A DNA stretch of 64,000 bases from Nitrososphaerota archaeon (GCA_038845265.1 JAWBQR010000003.1:89337-153336), one strand, 5' to 3'; positions 27,450 through 37,562 are shown, numbered from the stretch's first letter. The notes: generated by a model from the letters alone, not told the origin. Program-made: numbers and translations.

Positions 27450-28127
27450 TTAAGTCTTCTCGGAGAGTAAGTCAACCCATGGATTTTCTGCAATAAAGGA
27501 CGGCAGATTATCAGTCTTGCTCTTCTTAACTTTCTGTTCACTTCTTTTTTGATATATTTCTATTTTCGGCTTCTCTGAATTACTTGTCTCAACTGTTTTA
27601 ATGTCGATGTGATTCATCTTTTCATAAACGACCTGCTCTAAGAATTCTAATCTCCTATTTAATTCATCAATCATGCTTAGACTACTAATTAATTCTTCAA
27701 CTCTTTCCAATCTTGAGGATAAAGAATCGATCAATGTCTCTATTTTTTCGAGTTCATTTATATTACCCTGAGTTTCGCCGAATGAAACTATACTGCCGCC
27801 CACAAGCTCAGTTATCTTTTGATCGCTATAAACAATGAGCCCTATTTTATGAAGTCTAAAAGCATGGTCTCCAATTCTCGATAGTAGTTGCATCGGTAAT
27901 GCGACATATGCGATCTTTCCCGAAGCGGCATCAAATGCCGATTGAATTACTGCGGAGAGTAAATCTCCTCCATTGGCTTCTTCATCAACAATACGGATGA
28001 TTGCCTCTATACCACCATTACTAAACCTAATAATATTTTCAGAGAAATCTTTTTCTAAAATTCTGTATCCTTGTTTAGATATGTAACTAGCAATTTTGTC
28101 TAACGTATCCTTTCTCGTTACGTGCAA
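27450..28127 (-). CDS. Arcadin-2-like protein (crenactin regulator)
   Basis: Immediately upstream of crenactin; central coiled coil; C-terminal LPSFIAENPWVDLLSEK matches the arcadin-2-type tail. Confidence 0.75.
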   Translation of the reverse strand: MHVTRKDTLDKIASYISKQGYRILEKDFSENIIRFSNGGIEAIIRIVDEEANGGDLLSAVIQSAFDAASGKIAYVALPMQLLSRIGDHAFRLHKIGLIVYSDQKITELVGGSIVSFGETQGNINELEKIETLIDSLSSRLERVEELISSLSMIDELNRRLEFLEQVVYEKMNHIDIKTVETSNSEKPKIEIYQKRSEQKVKKSKTDNLPSFIAENPWVDLLSEKT

Positions 28128-28208
28128 TTGCCACTGATAATAATTCTTGGTCTCGGATATAAATAATCTCTGCCTTTTATAGCTGCTAATTTATTAGACA
28201 ATCCATGA

Positions 28209-28697
28209 ATGGATTTATCCATGATATCCCTCGATGTTGTAGGATATGTAAGAGTAAATTACACCGATGAATATGTAAAAGAACATTCAGGTGAAGTTGA
28301 AGGAATCGTCGAAGTATTGCCTAAATTTACTGATGCACTTGAAGGAATCGAAGAATATTCACATATTTTTCTAATATCTTATCTACATAAACAAGCAGAT
28401 GCTTCTAGGAATGTTTTGAAGGTTAGACCTAGAAGGCTCCTGAGAATGGGGTTAGAATTTAAGGATCTACCGATTGTAGGAGTATTTGCAACGGATTCGC
28501 CCACCCGCCCTAACCCGGTAGGATTAACATTAGTCAAACTGCTGGGTAGGAAAGAGAATTTACTTCATGTATGGGGATTAGATCTTTTTAATGAGACTCC
28601 CATCATAGATATTAAACCGTATTCGAGTAGTTACAGGGCAAGTGAATATAAAGTGCCACTCTGGGCCTCAAAGTTTGATGAGCGTAAACCGATTTAG
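28209..28697 (+). CDS. tsaA: tRNA t6A37 N6-methyltransferase TrmO/TsaA
   Basis: LEGIEEYSHI, GVFATDSPTRPNPVGLT, TPIIDIKPY. Confidence 0.9.
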   Translation: MDLSMISLDVVGYVRVNYTDEYVKEHSGEVEGIVEVLPKFTDALEGIEEYSHIFLISYLHKQADASRNVLKVRPRRLLRMGLEFKDLPIVGVFATDSPTRPNPVGLTLVKLLGRKENLLHVWGLDLFNETPIIDIKPYSSSYRASEYKVPLWASKFDERKPI

Positions 28698-28701
28698 TAG
28701 T

Positions 28702-29559
28702 TTATAGTGCACGTATTACCAAATATATGCCGACGAGAACAACTGCGGCTCCAAGAATAAAAGGAGGAGCCGGGATCTCATTTAAGATAATAAATGCTAA
28801 TACAGTGGCTGTTAATGGTTCTAGGAGAGTAAGTATAGAAGTCTGATAAGGTCTAAGAGCCTTCATTGATGAAAAATGTAAAGTATGACCAATCGTTGTT
28901 GGAAAGATCGATAAGCCGATCAAAGGTGCCCACTGATCAAGAGTAGGAAACATGAATACTCCAGAAATCAACGATAGGATCATTAACGCAATACAGCCTA
29001 TGAAGTATATGACGGGCATTATCGATAATACGTCACTTTTCTCCCTGATCGGCTTACCGACCACGAGATAAATGGCCCATAAAATGGCCGCTGACAAGGA
29101 TAAGAAATCACCTATAATGTTAGATAATGAGAACTTAATATCGAGAGCCGAAATTATAAAAATACCAGTCATACTCATCAATAATCCAAAAGTCGCAATA
29201 TTTGACGGTCTCTCTCTATTTCTGATACAATAAATGATCAAAGCTATGGCAGGCGTTGTGTTAACTAGTACAGTCGCATTAATCACAGTAGTAACTTTGA
29301 CAGAGTATATAAACATTGCAAAGTGAATTCCTAAAAGTAGACCCAAAATACCTACTCTCCATGGCGAAACACCTTGTAAGGCAACTTTTTTCCTCTTTAG
29401 AAGTAGGTTAGCTAGTAGCAGGATAGATGAGGCAATAAGTAACCTGTAAAAACCTATCGTGATGGCATCCAATCCACTTATGAATCTTATAAAAATTGAG
29501 GCAGTTCCAAAAAAGAATCCAGCCATTAATGCTTGAACTACGTAAATTTTGTTTTGCAT
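28702..29559 (-). CDS. EamA/DMT family transporter
   Basis: Ten hydrophobic helices in two repeats; GFYRL, LLEPLTATVLAFIILNE. Confidence 0.9.
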   Translation of the reverse strand: MQNKIYVVQALMAGFFFGTASIFIRFISGLDAITIGFYRLLIASSILLLANLLLKRKKVALQGVSPWRVGILGLLLGIHFAMFIYSVKVTTVINATVLVNTTPAIALIIYCIRNRERPSNIATFGLLMSMTGIFIISALDIKFSLSNIIGDFLSLSAAILWAIYLVVGKPIREKSDVLSIMPVIYFIGCIALMILSLISGVFMFPTLDQWAPLIGLSIFPTTIGHTLHFSSMKALRPYQTSILTLLEPLTATVLAFIILNEIPAPPFILGAAVVLVGIYLVIRAL

Positions 29560-29630
29560 CTACAAGTCGAGAATACCGTAATACAATTATTTATGAATAT
29601 TTTCGGTTAAGTGGTACTCAAGATATGTTA

Positions 29631-29788
29631 ATAGAATTTTTATACTATGACGGATAATTTCTAAAGAGCAGTGCATGCATTATTTTTAGAAATATTCGCA
29701 GTTTTCGGCCTAGTACTCTCTTTGAAATATAACTGCATTCTTTACAAATGAAGTATAGTCCTCCCTTTAAGGAGCCCAACTTAACTAT
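29631..29788 (-). pseudogene. Decayed small Cys-rich (Zn-binding) protein gene
   Basis: Pieced across a frameshift and stops: IVKLGSLKGGLYFICKECSYI / REY*AENCEYF*K*CMHCSLEIIRHSIK, resembling small archaeal CxxC...WAEKCE...CxLEI proteins; ends approximate. Confidence 0.5.
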
Positions 29789-29862
29789 CGCTAAGTGAAG
29801 AAAATCTTGATTTTCTTAGCTTTAATAAATTTTTAATGTTTTAAAAACTAACAATAGTTTTA

Positions 29863-29934
29863 TGGACCGGGCGGGATTCGAACCCGCGGCCTCCCGCACG
29901 CCAAGCGGGCGATCTACCACTGATCTACCGGCCC
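29863..29934 (-). tRNA. tRNA-Ala(GGC), intronless, CCA not encoded
   Basis: GGGCCGG acceptor with G3:U70, anticodon arm CCCGC-TTGGCGT-GCGGG, T arm GCGGG-TTCGAAT-CCCGC. Confidence 0.97.
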
Positions 29935-30026
29935 ATTCATCGATATTTTCTTAGTCCCTTATTTAATCATTGCTCAACCAAAAAATGCTTATCTATATAC
30001 TAAATTGTTAAGTTAATAGAGTTGCA

Positions 30027-30326
30027 TTGAGTATACCTATTCTGACCGGCGAAGAACTGTTAGTGAATTTTATTTTATTTATAGCGGGCTTTTTGGTTGG
30101 GTTAGGGATAGGAAAGCTCCTAAAGGGCTTCCTACTCATCATTGCTGGGTTAGCAATATTGATATTAGGGGGTTTCACAATTGCAGGAATAATTAATCTC
30201 GAAGAACTCTGGAACCTGTTTGGGCCACTGAAAACAATGGTTGCAAATGCCGCAGGCATGTTGGCGAGGTATCCTGCACTATCGTTCGGATTGATTATAG
30301 GAACTGTTATAGGAGCCATAAAGTGA
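30027..30326 (+). CDS. FUN14-like small membrane protein
   Basis: Gly-rich TM helices AGFLVGLGIGKLLK...AGIINLEELW...FGLIIG (track translation). Confidence 0.6.
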   Translation: MSIPILTGEELLVNFILFIAGFLVGLGIGKLLKGFLLIIAGLAILILGGFTIAGIINLEELWNLFGPLKTMVANAAGMLARYPALSFGLIIGTVIGAIK

Positions 30327-30410
30327 CTTATTTTTATGCTACGTATCTTACGTAATTTGTTGAAAAAATAAGTATTTTTGAATGGGCGTAGAGGGATTTA
30401 TGGGTACTAA

Positions 30411-31289
30411 ATGAGCGTAATGCACGATGAATTTGTAAAATTACCTGTCCATATTACTGGTTTCTTCAAGCCCTACTACTCAGATGACCCCACAACTACT
30501 GGATCGGTAGGTGCAGGGCTAATACTTACTCCTGGCATAGAATTCCGATTTCGACGTGGAAATGGGAAAGTTATGTTTAATGGCGAATATTGCAAGATAA
30601 GGCCTGCTCTTAATCTTTCGACGAAGCTCAAAGAAGCATTTGTAGAAATATTTACGTCATTAAAACCCGGTGTTGGCTATGCAATCAGCGCCGCATCAAC
30701 ACTAGCCGTAGCTTTATCATATGCGTGGCTGTCAGGCACTTCAGTAAGAAAACTTGCCATGGATGCACATATTTCAGAAGTCGAACATAGGACGGGGCTG
30801 GGCGATGTTATTTCAATTTTAGAAGGAAGTGGTTTAGTTGTCAGGGAGAAACCCGGTGGGCCAGGCATCGGAAAGACGAGAAGCTACGAGAGGGCAGTGA
30901 ACATGACAGTAGTAACTACTGACCTTGGTTCAATGGAGACAGAAATAATGTTGAGCACCATAAATTACCGCCTCCAAACGTATGGAGAAATGGCAATGCG
31001 AATCTTCGAGGCACAGCCCTCACTAGAGGGGTTCTTAGAGGCATCTAGTTGGTTCTCCGAGAAAGTCGGCTTTATGACCCCTGAAATAAGTGAGCTACTC
31101 AAGCCGATCAAGCATATGATTATTGGATCATATATTAAAAAGAAAGTCTTATTAGTTGTACCCGAACCCGACCTTGTCTATGAAGTAAAAGAATACTTGA
31201 AATCAGTATTCGGACATGCTAGAATCTTCAGGATAGGTGATAATAGTTGGATGAAATCCCTAGAACTCATCCAAGGTATCATTCACTAA
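30411..31289 (+). CDS. Pantoate kinase (GHMP family)
   Basis: PVHITGFF, TGSVGAG, GVGYAISAA, AHISEVEHRTGLGDV, REKPGGPG; first gene of CoA cluster. Confidence 0.9.
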   Translation: MSVMHDEFVKLPVHITGFFKPYYSDDPTTTGSVGAGLILTPGIEFRFRRGNGKVMFNGEYCKIRPALNLSTKLKEAFVEIFTSLKPGVGYAISAASTLAVALSYAWLSGTSVRKLAMDAHISEVEHRTGLGDVISILEGSGLVVREKPGGPGIGKTRSYERAVNMTVVTTDLGSMETEIMLSTINYRLQTYGEMAMRIFEAQPSLEGFLEASSWFSEKVGFMTPEISELLKPIKHMIIGSYIKKKVLLVVPEPDLVYEVKEYLKSVFGHARIFRIGDNSWMKSLELIQGIIH

Positions 31290-32017
31290 TCATTAGGAAA
31301 AAACTTGTAGAGGCATTCAGACAGGGCATCGTAGTACCTGAGGGATTAATCGCTCACGGAAGAGGCGAGGCGCTCGACTACATACTAGGCGAAAAAACAC
31401 TCGAACCTGCATATAGAGCCATTAAAGCAGCATCGGCACTACTATTGACATCAAAAAATCCAGTAATATCAGTAAATGGAAATACAGCTGCACTAGTGCC
31501 AAAAGAACTTGTAGAACTTTCAAAAATAGTTAAAGCTAAGCTAGAGGTCAACCTGTTTCACAGAACTATCGAGAGAGAAATTAAGATTGGTGAATTTTTA
31601 AAGTCTTTTGGCGCAGAAGAAGTATTAGGCATTGGTAGTGATGCATCTGAAACGATTCCCGGTTTAGAAAGTAAGAGGAGATTTGTAAGCAATCGTGGAA
31701 TCTATTCGGCAGACACGGTATTAGTGGCCCTCGAAGATGGCGATAGGACAGAACAGCTAGTTAGAATGGGGAAAAAAGTAGTAGCAATCGACCTTAACCC
31801 CTTCTCGAGAACTGCTAGGGCCGCAAGTATAACTATTGTTGACAACGTAACGAGAGCATTACCAATATTGATCGAAGAGTGTAAAAATCTATTGAATAGT
31901 AAGAGAGATGAGCTTAAAGAGATCGTCACGGGATTTGATAATGAAAGAAATCTAAAGGATATGATTAGAGAGATTAGAGATAGATTATCCACGCTAAGTT
32001 CTTTAGAAGATGAGTAG
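31247..32017 (+). CDS. 4-phosphopantoate--beta-alanine ligase (phosphopantothenate synthetase)
   Basis: HPRYHSL, AHGRGEALDY, SVNGNTAAL, EVNLFHRT, LEDGDRTE, DLNPFSRT. Confidence 0.96.
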   Translation: MDEIPRTHPRYHSLIIRKKLVEAFRQGIVVPEGLIAHGRGEALDYILGEKTLEPAYRAIKAASALLLTSKNPVISVNGNTAALVPKELVELSKIVKAKLEVNLFHRTIEREIKIGEFLKSFGAEEVLGIGSDASETIPGLESKRRFVSNRGIYSADTVLVALEDGDRTEQLVRMGKKVVAIDLNPFSRTARAASITIVDNVTRALPILIEECKNLLNSKRDELKEIVTGFDNERNLKDMIREIRDRLSTLSSLEDE

Positions 32018-32019
32018 CT

Positions 32020-32865
32020 ATGGAAAGACATCTTTCTGCACTAGATATTCAGAAAATTAAGCGTATAGGAAGAAAAATAGTAATGGTGACTGCATATGAC
32101 TATACCTCTGCACGATTAGCAGATAGCGCCGGCGTAGACATTATACTCGTAGGGGATTCAGCCTCAATGGTCATGATGGGGATGAAAGATACACGATACC
32201 TCACTCTTGAAGAAATGATTGTATTTTGCAAATCAGCTGCAAGAGGAGTTAAACATGCAATGGTTGTTGGAGACATGCCATTCATGAGCTATCAAGTATC
32301 TGTAGAGGAGGCAGTTAGAAATGCGGGCAAACTAGTCAAGGAGGGGTTGGTAGATGCCGTAAAGATTGAGGGAGGGACAGAATATGCCGATACCGTAAGA
32401 GCAATAGTGCGCGCAGGGATACCAGTAATGGGACACATTGGCCTTACACCTCAGAGCGCATCTATGGAAAGTGGCTATAGATTAAGAGGGAAAAGAGCTG
32501 AAGAAGCAAAATCAATAATCCAAGATGCTTTACAATTGGAAAGTGCAGGGGCATTTGCAATTGTTCTTGAGTACACCACATGTGAAGTAGGTAAAATACT
32601 ATCCGAAAGGTTATCTATACCAGTCATTGGAATAGGATCTGGGCCCTATTGTGATGGACAAGTACTTGTATTTCATGATATTGTTGGATTATATGAAGAA
32701 CCTCCTCCATTCGCTAAGAAATACATAGACGCCGCTTCATTAATAAAAGACGCATTAATACGATACAGAGAAGAAGTCTTAACTAATAGATTCCCATCAG
32801 AAAGCCAGTATTGGAACATGGACCCAATTGAGTATAGTCGACTTTTAGAACTGATTAGTAAATAG
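32020..32865 (+). CDS. panB: 3-methyl-2-oxobutanoate hydroxymethyltransferase
   Basis: TAYDY, LVGDS, DMPFMSY, VKIEGG, GHIGLTPQ, CDGQVLV. Confidence 0.97.
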   Translation: MERHLSALDIQKIKRIGRKIVMVTAYDYTSARLADSAGVDIILVGDSASMVMMGMKDTRYLTLEEMIVFCKSAARGVKHAMVVGDMPFMSYQVSVEEAVRNAGKLVKEGLVDAVKIEGGTEYADTVRAIVRAGIPVMGHIGLTPQSASMESGYRLRGKRAEEAKSIIQDALQLESAGAFAIVLEYTTCEVGKILSERLSIPVIGIGSGPYCDGQVLVFHDIVGLYEEPPPFAKKYIDAASLIKDALIRYREEVLTNRFPSESQYWNMDPIEYSRLLELISK

Positions 32866-32875
32866 GTGTGATTCG

Positions 32876-33787
32876 TTGGAAATACTTGTAGTCGGTGCGG
32901 GGGCCTTAGGACTTTTAATATCTGGACTTATTGCACATAATGGAGGACACGTAACACTTTACAGTAGGAGACCAGAAGCCATAGAACATATATCGAAAAA
33001 GGGAATAAGAATAATCACCGACAACGAAGAATATGTAGTAAGAGTAAAATGTATAGCTAGCATTCAAAAAGATAACTATTATGAGCTTGCTATTGTAACT
33101 GTCAAGTCATATGACACAGAAACTATAGCAAAATTACTCGCTGAAAAATTGAACAGCCAGACATTTGTCTTGAGTCTTCAGAACGGACTAGGCAATGCTG
33201 AAATACTAGCTAGCCATCTAGGAAAGGAACGAGTATTTCCTGGAATAACAACACAAGCATCAACACGACTAGGCATAAACGAAGTATACCATGCATTTAA
33301 TGGACTTACGATAATCGGGGAGTATGATGGCCCACCTACAGAAAGAGTCAGAAGAATAGCCGACTTCCTTTCCAACAATGGAGTCACATGCATAGTTTCA
33401 GAAAACATATGGCGAGAAATATGGTTTAAAGTTATGGTTAATTCGGTGATAAATCCCTTAACCGCCATTATGAAAATAAAAAATGAAGGGTTACTAAAAA
33501 TTTCGTCTATAGAATTGCTAATCAAAGATATTTTATCAGAGATAATTTCTGTCGCTAAGTTATATGGATATGAGTTTAATCTAAATGAATGCTATGAAAA
33601 AATTATAAAAATAATTCAGGACACTAGAAATAATAAGTCATCCATGTTGCAAGATATTGAGAATAAAAGAAGAACAGAAATAGATAGCCTTAATGGAATG
33701 ATAACCAAGCTAGCCGAGATGCACGGCTTAGAAACACCGCTTAACAGGGCATTGACCATATTTGTGAAAGGCATTGAAGAAAGATAA
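32876..33787 (+). CDS. panE: 2-dehydropantoate 2-reductase
   Basis: GAGALG, TVKSYD, LQNGLG, KVMVNSVINPLTA, SSMLQD...TEIDSLNG. Confidence 0.95.
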   Translation: MEILVVGAGALGLLISGLIAHNGGHVTLYSRRPEAIEHISKKGIRIITDNEEYVVRVKCIASIQKDNYYELAIVTVKSYDTETIAKLLAEKLNSQTFVLSLQNGLGNAEILASHLGKERVFPGITTQASTRLGINEVYHAFNGLTIIGEYDGPPTERVRRIADFLSNNGVTCIVSENIWREIWFKVMVNSVINPLTAIMKIKNEGLLKISSIELLIKDILSEIISVAKLYGYEFNLNECYEKIIKIIQDTRNNKSSMLQDIENKRRTEIDSLNGMITKLAEMHGLETPLNRALTIFVKGIEER

Positions 33788-33845
33788 GGCAAAGTAGTTT
33801 CTTAACTCAAGGATTAATAACCAGAAATATTTGAATAAATAGTGA

Positions 33846-34883
33846 ATGTCGAATAAAATCTCAGATTTGGGAGAATCATGGCTATTAAAATTCATTATCG
33901 ACAGGATTTCTAAAATTGAAGACTCAATACTAATTCCTGGCGACGATGCATTTGATTTCATCTGTCATGGAAGAATTATCTGTTCTGGTGATATGTTAGT
34001 TGAACACACTGATATTCCACCAGGCATGACTCTTAGGCAAGCTGGAAGAAAAGCGATAGTAGCAGTTATAAGCGACTTAGCCGCGAAAGGAGCCCATCCT
34101 AGATATATCGTAACTCAGTTGGGACTTAGACGGGACATGATGATCGATGAATTTATAGAGCTCTGGACCGGACTCGAGGATGCATGCAATGAATATCGCG
34201 TTAAGATTGTCGGAGGAGATACAAACGAGTCTAACGAGCTCGTAATAAGCGTGTTTGGAATAGGTTTCTCAGAAAAACCTATACCGAGAACAGGCGCCCG
34301 TCCCGGGGATATAGTGGCCACTACCGGTCAATTCGGAACAACCTATACAGGGCTACATGCATTATTTAACTCGATAACTGATAAAAAATGGGATAGGCTG
34401 AGACAAAGCGTTCTATATCCAAGAGCCAAACTATCTGAGGGAATTACAATTGCGAGGTTAGGACTCGCAACCTCCTCAATAGATTCGAGCGATGGACTCG
34501 CAGCTTCACTTCAGCAGTTATCGCAAGCCAGCAATGTAGGATTCATGATTGATAAGCTACCCATAGATCCTCTCGCAGCCGAATATGCCTATCGATATGG
34601 ACTTGATGTGTTTGATGCTGTAATGTTTGGAGGAGAGGAATATGAACTAGTCGTAACACTTCCAGAGTCAGCAATCGACAAAGTAAACGCGGAATTATCA
34701 AAAATTGGCAGCAGATTAATACCTATTGGCACAACGACTGAAAAAAAAGAATTAAATGTAGCTTGGCAAGGATCTATCAGAAAAGTGATTAGTGGTGGGT
34801 GGGAACATTTTACATCAAAAGGACTTGATAGAAAGCGAATAATTAGTGACAGCTTAAATCGAGCTACTACTCACCAAAAATAA
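33846..34883 (+). CDS. thiL: Thiamine-phosphate kinase
   Basis: GDDA, SDLAAKGA, VGGDT, DSSDGL, GGEEYELV, GWEHF. Confidence 0.95.
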   Translation: MSNKISDLGESWLLKFIIDRISKIEDSILIPGDDAFDFICHGRIICSGDMLVEHTDIPPGMTLRQAGRKAIVAVISDLAAKGAHPRYIVTQLGLRRDMMIDEFIELWTGLEDACNEYRVKIVGGDTNESNELVISVFGIGFSEKPIPRTGARPGDIVATTGQFGTTYTGLHALFNSITDKKWDRLRQSVLYPRAKLSEGITIARLGLATSSIDSSDGLAASLQQLSQASNVGFMIDKLPIDPLAAEYAYRYGLDVFDAVMFGGEEYELVVTLPESAIDKVNAELSKIGSRLIPIGTTTEKKELNVAWQGSIRKVISGGWEHFTSKGLDRKRIISDSLNRATTHQK

Positions 34884-34944
34884 TGAAAACAAAAATATCT
34901 TTATTGTGGTATAATTAATGAAATAATCAAGGGGGACGTCTCCT

Positions 34945-35400
34945 GTGAAAAAATATTTGTTCAAATGCAGAGAATGTGGACATGAATTTAGACTGCAGGC
35001 TTGGAAAGCAGTATGTCCTAACTGTGAAAAAAGCTATTCACTCGTTAAAGTTGTTGAGCCGGCCAGAAGTCTTAGGATCAGGCCTCGAATATTCATTAGC
35101 ATTCTTTTACTCATATATGCTGCATACTCGATTATTACAGTAAACATTGAGCCTGCTCTGCCTCTGACATATTTCTATCTTTATCAAGTCTTTATTATTG
35201 GAGGAGCATTGTTCGCGCTCAGTGGAAGTCTTCCCTCGAACGCGTTATCTGTATTCTTAGGAGGGTTGATAGCGTATAGCCACATAGCTTCTTTATCGAC
35301 TAATTACTATAGCATCATTTTCATAATTCTTGGAGTCATAATAGCAATTCTCGGTACATTAGATGAGCTGATAATTAGACATAGCCGAAAAGAAATATAA
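34945..35400 (+). CDS. Hypothetical membrane protein with N-terminal Zn ribbon
   Basis: FKCRECGHEF...CPNC followed by about four TM helices. Confidence 0.7.
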   Translation: MKKYLFKCRECGHEFRLQAWKAVCPNCEKSYSLVKVVEPARSLRIRPRIFISILLLIYAAYSIITVNIEPALPLTYFYLYQVFIIGGALFALSGSLPSNALSVFLGGLIAYSHIASLSTNYYSIIFIILGVIIAILGTLDELIIRHSRKEI

Positions 35401-35492
35401 TAGGAAGAAACGTCTATTTATTTTCAAATTGTTAATTTCAACCCTTAAATAAAGGCTCAGCAATTCTACAACTTGTGGAGGTTTAGCAGCAT

Positions 35493-36527
35493 ATGGAAAA
35501 AGTAGTAACTTTCGGTGAAATAATGCTACGGCTTGCGCCACCAGGATTTCTACGAATCACACAAGCAAGATCATTTGACGCAATATACGCTGGAGCCGAG
35601 GCAAATGTTGCGATAGCCCTCGCTAATCTAGGAATACCTGCAGATTTTGTCACTAGACTGCCGGCAAATGATTTAGGAGATGCATGCATCAACTATTTAC
35701 GACAATTTGGAGTGGGCACCGACAAAATAATTAGAGGAGGCGATAGACTAGGAATTTATTTTGTTGAGATCGGTGCGGCTCAAAGACCAAATAAAGTAAT
35801 CTATGACCGTGCAAATTCATCAATCGCAACAGTCACGCCAGGAATGTTCGACTGGGATAAAATATTTGCTGATGCTATTTGGTTCCACTGGACTGGGATA
35901 ACACCGGCCCTTAGTCAAGGAGCAGCTGAGACTTGTTTGGAGGCGGTTAAGGCTGCTAAAAAGAAGGGAGTCACTGTGTCATGCGACCTAAACTACCGTG
36001 CTAAACTATGGAAATGGGGAAAGTCAGCCGGCGAGGTCATGTCGGAGCTAGTAAAGTATGTAGATATTTTGATCGGTAATGAAGAAGACGTAGAGCAAGT
36101 ATTCGGAATCAAAGCGCCTGGCGTAGATGTAGTGAGAGGCGAAGTAAAAGCTGAACCATATGAGTTTGTTGGAAAAGAAATAATGAAGAAATTCCCAAAC
36201 GTTAAGCTCTTCGGCGTCTCGCTTAGGGGCAGCATTAGTGCTAGCCATAATACTTGGTCGGGAGCCCTATACGATGGCTCAAAACTCTATGTAGGACCAA
36301 CTTACGACATAATCCCAATCGTTGACCGTGTCGGCGGTGGAGATGCATTCAATGCCGGACTTATCTATGGACTATTAAAATTCAAGGATGATAAACAGAA
36401 GGCGCTAGACTTTGCGGTTGCACTATCTTGCCTAAAACACTCTATTTACGGCGACTCTTGCCTAGTCAGACTAGACGAAGTAGAAACACTAATGAAGGGA
36501 ATAACTACTGGAAGAATTGTGCGTTAA
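35493..36527 (+). CDS. kdgK: 2-keto-3-deoxygluconate kinase (PfkB family, bacterial type)
   Basis: VTFGEIMLRL, GAEANVA, VIYDRANS, TGITPALS, DLNYRAKLW, DRVGGGDAF. Confidence 0.92.
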   Translation: MEKVVTFGEIMLRLAPPGFLRITQARSFDAIYAGAEANVAIALANLGIPADFVTRLPANDLGDACINYLRQFGVGTDKIIRGGDRLGIYFVEIGAAQRPNKVIYDRANSSIATVTPGMFDWDKIFADAIWFHWTGITPALSQGAAETCLEAVKAAKKKGVTVSCDLNYRAKLWKWGKSAGEVMSELVKYVDILIGNEEDVEQVFGIKAPGVDVVRGEVKAEPYEFVGKEIMKKFPNVKLFGVSLRGSISASHNTWSGALYDGSKLYVGPTYDIIPIVDRVGGGDAFNAGLIYGLLKFKDDKQKALDFAVALSCLKHSIYGDSCLVRLDEVETLMKGITTGRIVR

Positions 36528-36542
36528 GAAGGTGAGAGGAAT

Positions 36543-37562
36543 ATGCCGAAATTTTTAAAACATGAAGTTGTGGCGAAGCTCCTCGAAGTAGGGGTTTTAC
36601 CAACTTTTTACGAAGGGGATCTTGAGACTGCTAAAAAAATTCTTATTGCATGTGCTGATGGTGGCGCAAAAGTAGTGGAATTCACTAATAGGGGAGCACT
36701 GGCTTATCAAGTCTTCTCCGACTTAATAAGATGGCGTGACAAAGAGCGGCCGGACCTAATATTGGGAGTCGGTACTGTGATAGATCCAGCAACTGCTTCC
36801 CTGTTCATAAACAGTGGAGCCGACTTTGTCGTCGGTCCTGTCTTTAATCCAGAGATAGCGAAGATTTGCAATAGACGTAAAGTAGCCTATATCCCAGGAT
36901 GCAGCTCGCCGTCTGAGATCTCAGCAGCAGAGGAGTCTGGCGCTGATATAATTAAGGTATTTCCAGCAGATGTTTTAGGACCTCGATTCATTAAAGACAT
37001 GATGGGACCATCTCCATGGTCTCGATTAATGCCTTCAGGCGGCGTTGAGCCTACGCGTGAAAACATATTTGAATGGATCAAGGCTGGTGCAGCAGCACTT
37101 AACATGGGGTCAAACCTCATAGTGAAGGATCTGGTTAAGGCTGGAGACTTTGAGGGAATTAGGAAAAAAGTAGAGAATAGCATTATGTGGGTTAAAGAGG
37201 CAAGGGGGACACCTTTATTCCTGGGAGTTGAACACATAGGACTATATCCAACAGCAAAGGCTACCGCTGCTGAGATTGCCGATTGGTATGCGAATACTTT
37301 TGGCTTTGCCAAGAAGGAAGGCGCTAGTTCAATCTTTGTCTCTGGACCAACGCATGGAAGGATCGAGATAATGAAGAGCGAAGAAAAAGGAGTACAATGT
37401 CACGTAGCCGTGCTGGTCTCAAACTTTGAGGCTGCCTGTGAGTATCTAAGAAATAAGGGGATAGAGCTCGAAGAACCATCAATAAAACCGGGAGTAAAGG
37501 CTGTCTATCTCAAGAACCCCGATCCTGCTGGAAATAGGGTACACCTGCTATACCGGTCATAA
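36543..37562 (+). CDS. eda: KDPG/KHG aldolase fused to a C-terminal VOC (glyoxalase-like) domain
   Basis: EFTNRG, GVGTV, IPGC, KVFPA, MPSGGV; C-terminal EHIGLY...HVAVLV...PDPAGNRVHL. Confidence 0.85.
   Translation: MPKFLKHEVVAKLLEVGVLPTFYEGDLETAKKILIACADGGAKVVEFTNRGALAYQVFSDLIRWRDKERPDLILGVGTVIDPATASLFINSGADFVVGPVFNPEIAKICNRRKVAYIPGCSSPSEISAAEESGADIIKVFPADVLGPRFIKDMMGPSPWSRLMPSGGVEPTRENIFEWIKAGAAALNMGSNLIVKDLVKAGDFEGIRKKVENSIMWVKEARGTPLFLGVEHIGLYPTAKATAAEIADWYANTFGFAKKEGASSIFVSGPTHGRIEIMKSEEKGVQCHVAVLVSNFEAACEYLRNKGIELEEPSIKPGVKAVYLKNPDPAGNRVHLLYRS

Noticed and set aside
29657-29693. Inverted repeat ATTTCTAAA...TTTAGAAAT around TGCATGCA
   Set aside because: Short, AT-rich and inside the pseudogene remnant; could be chance
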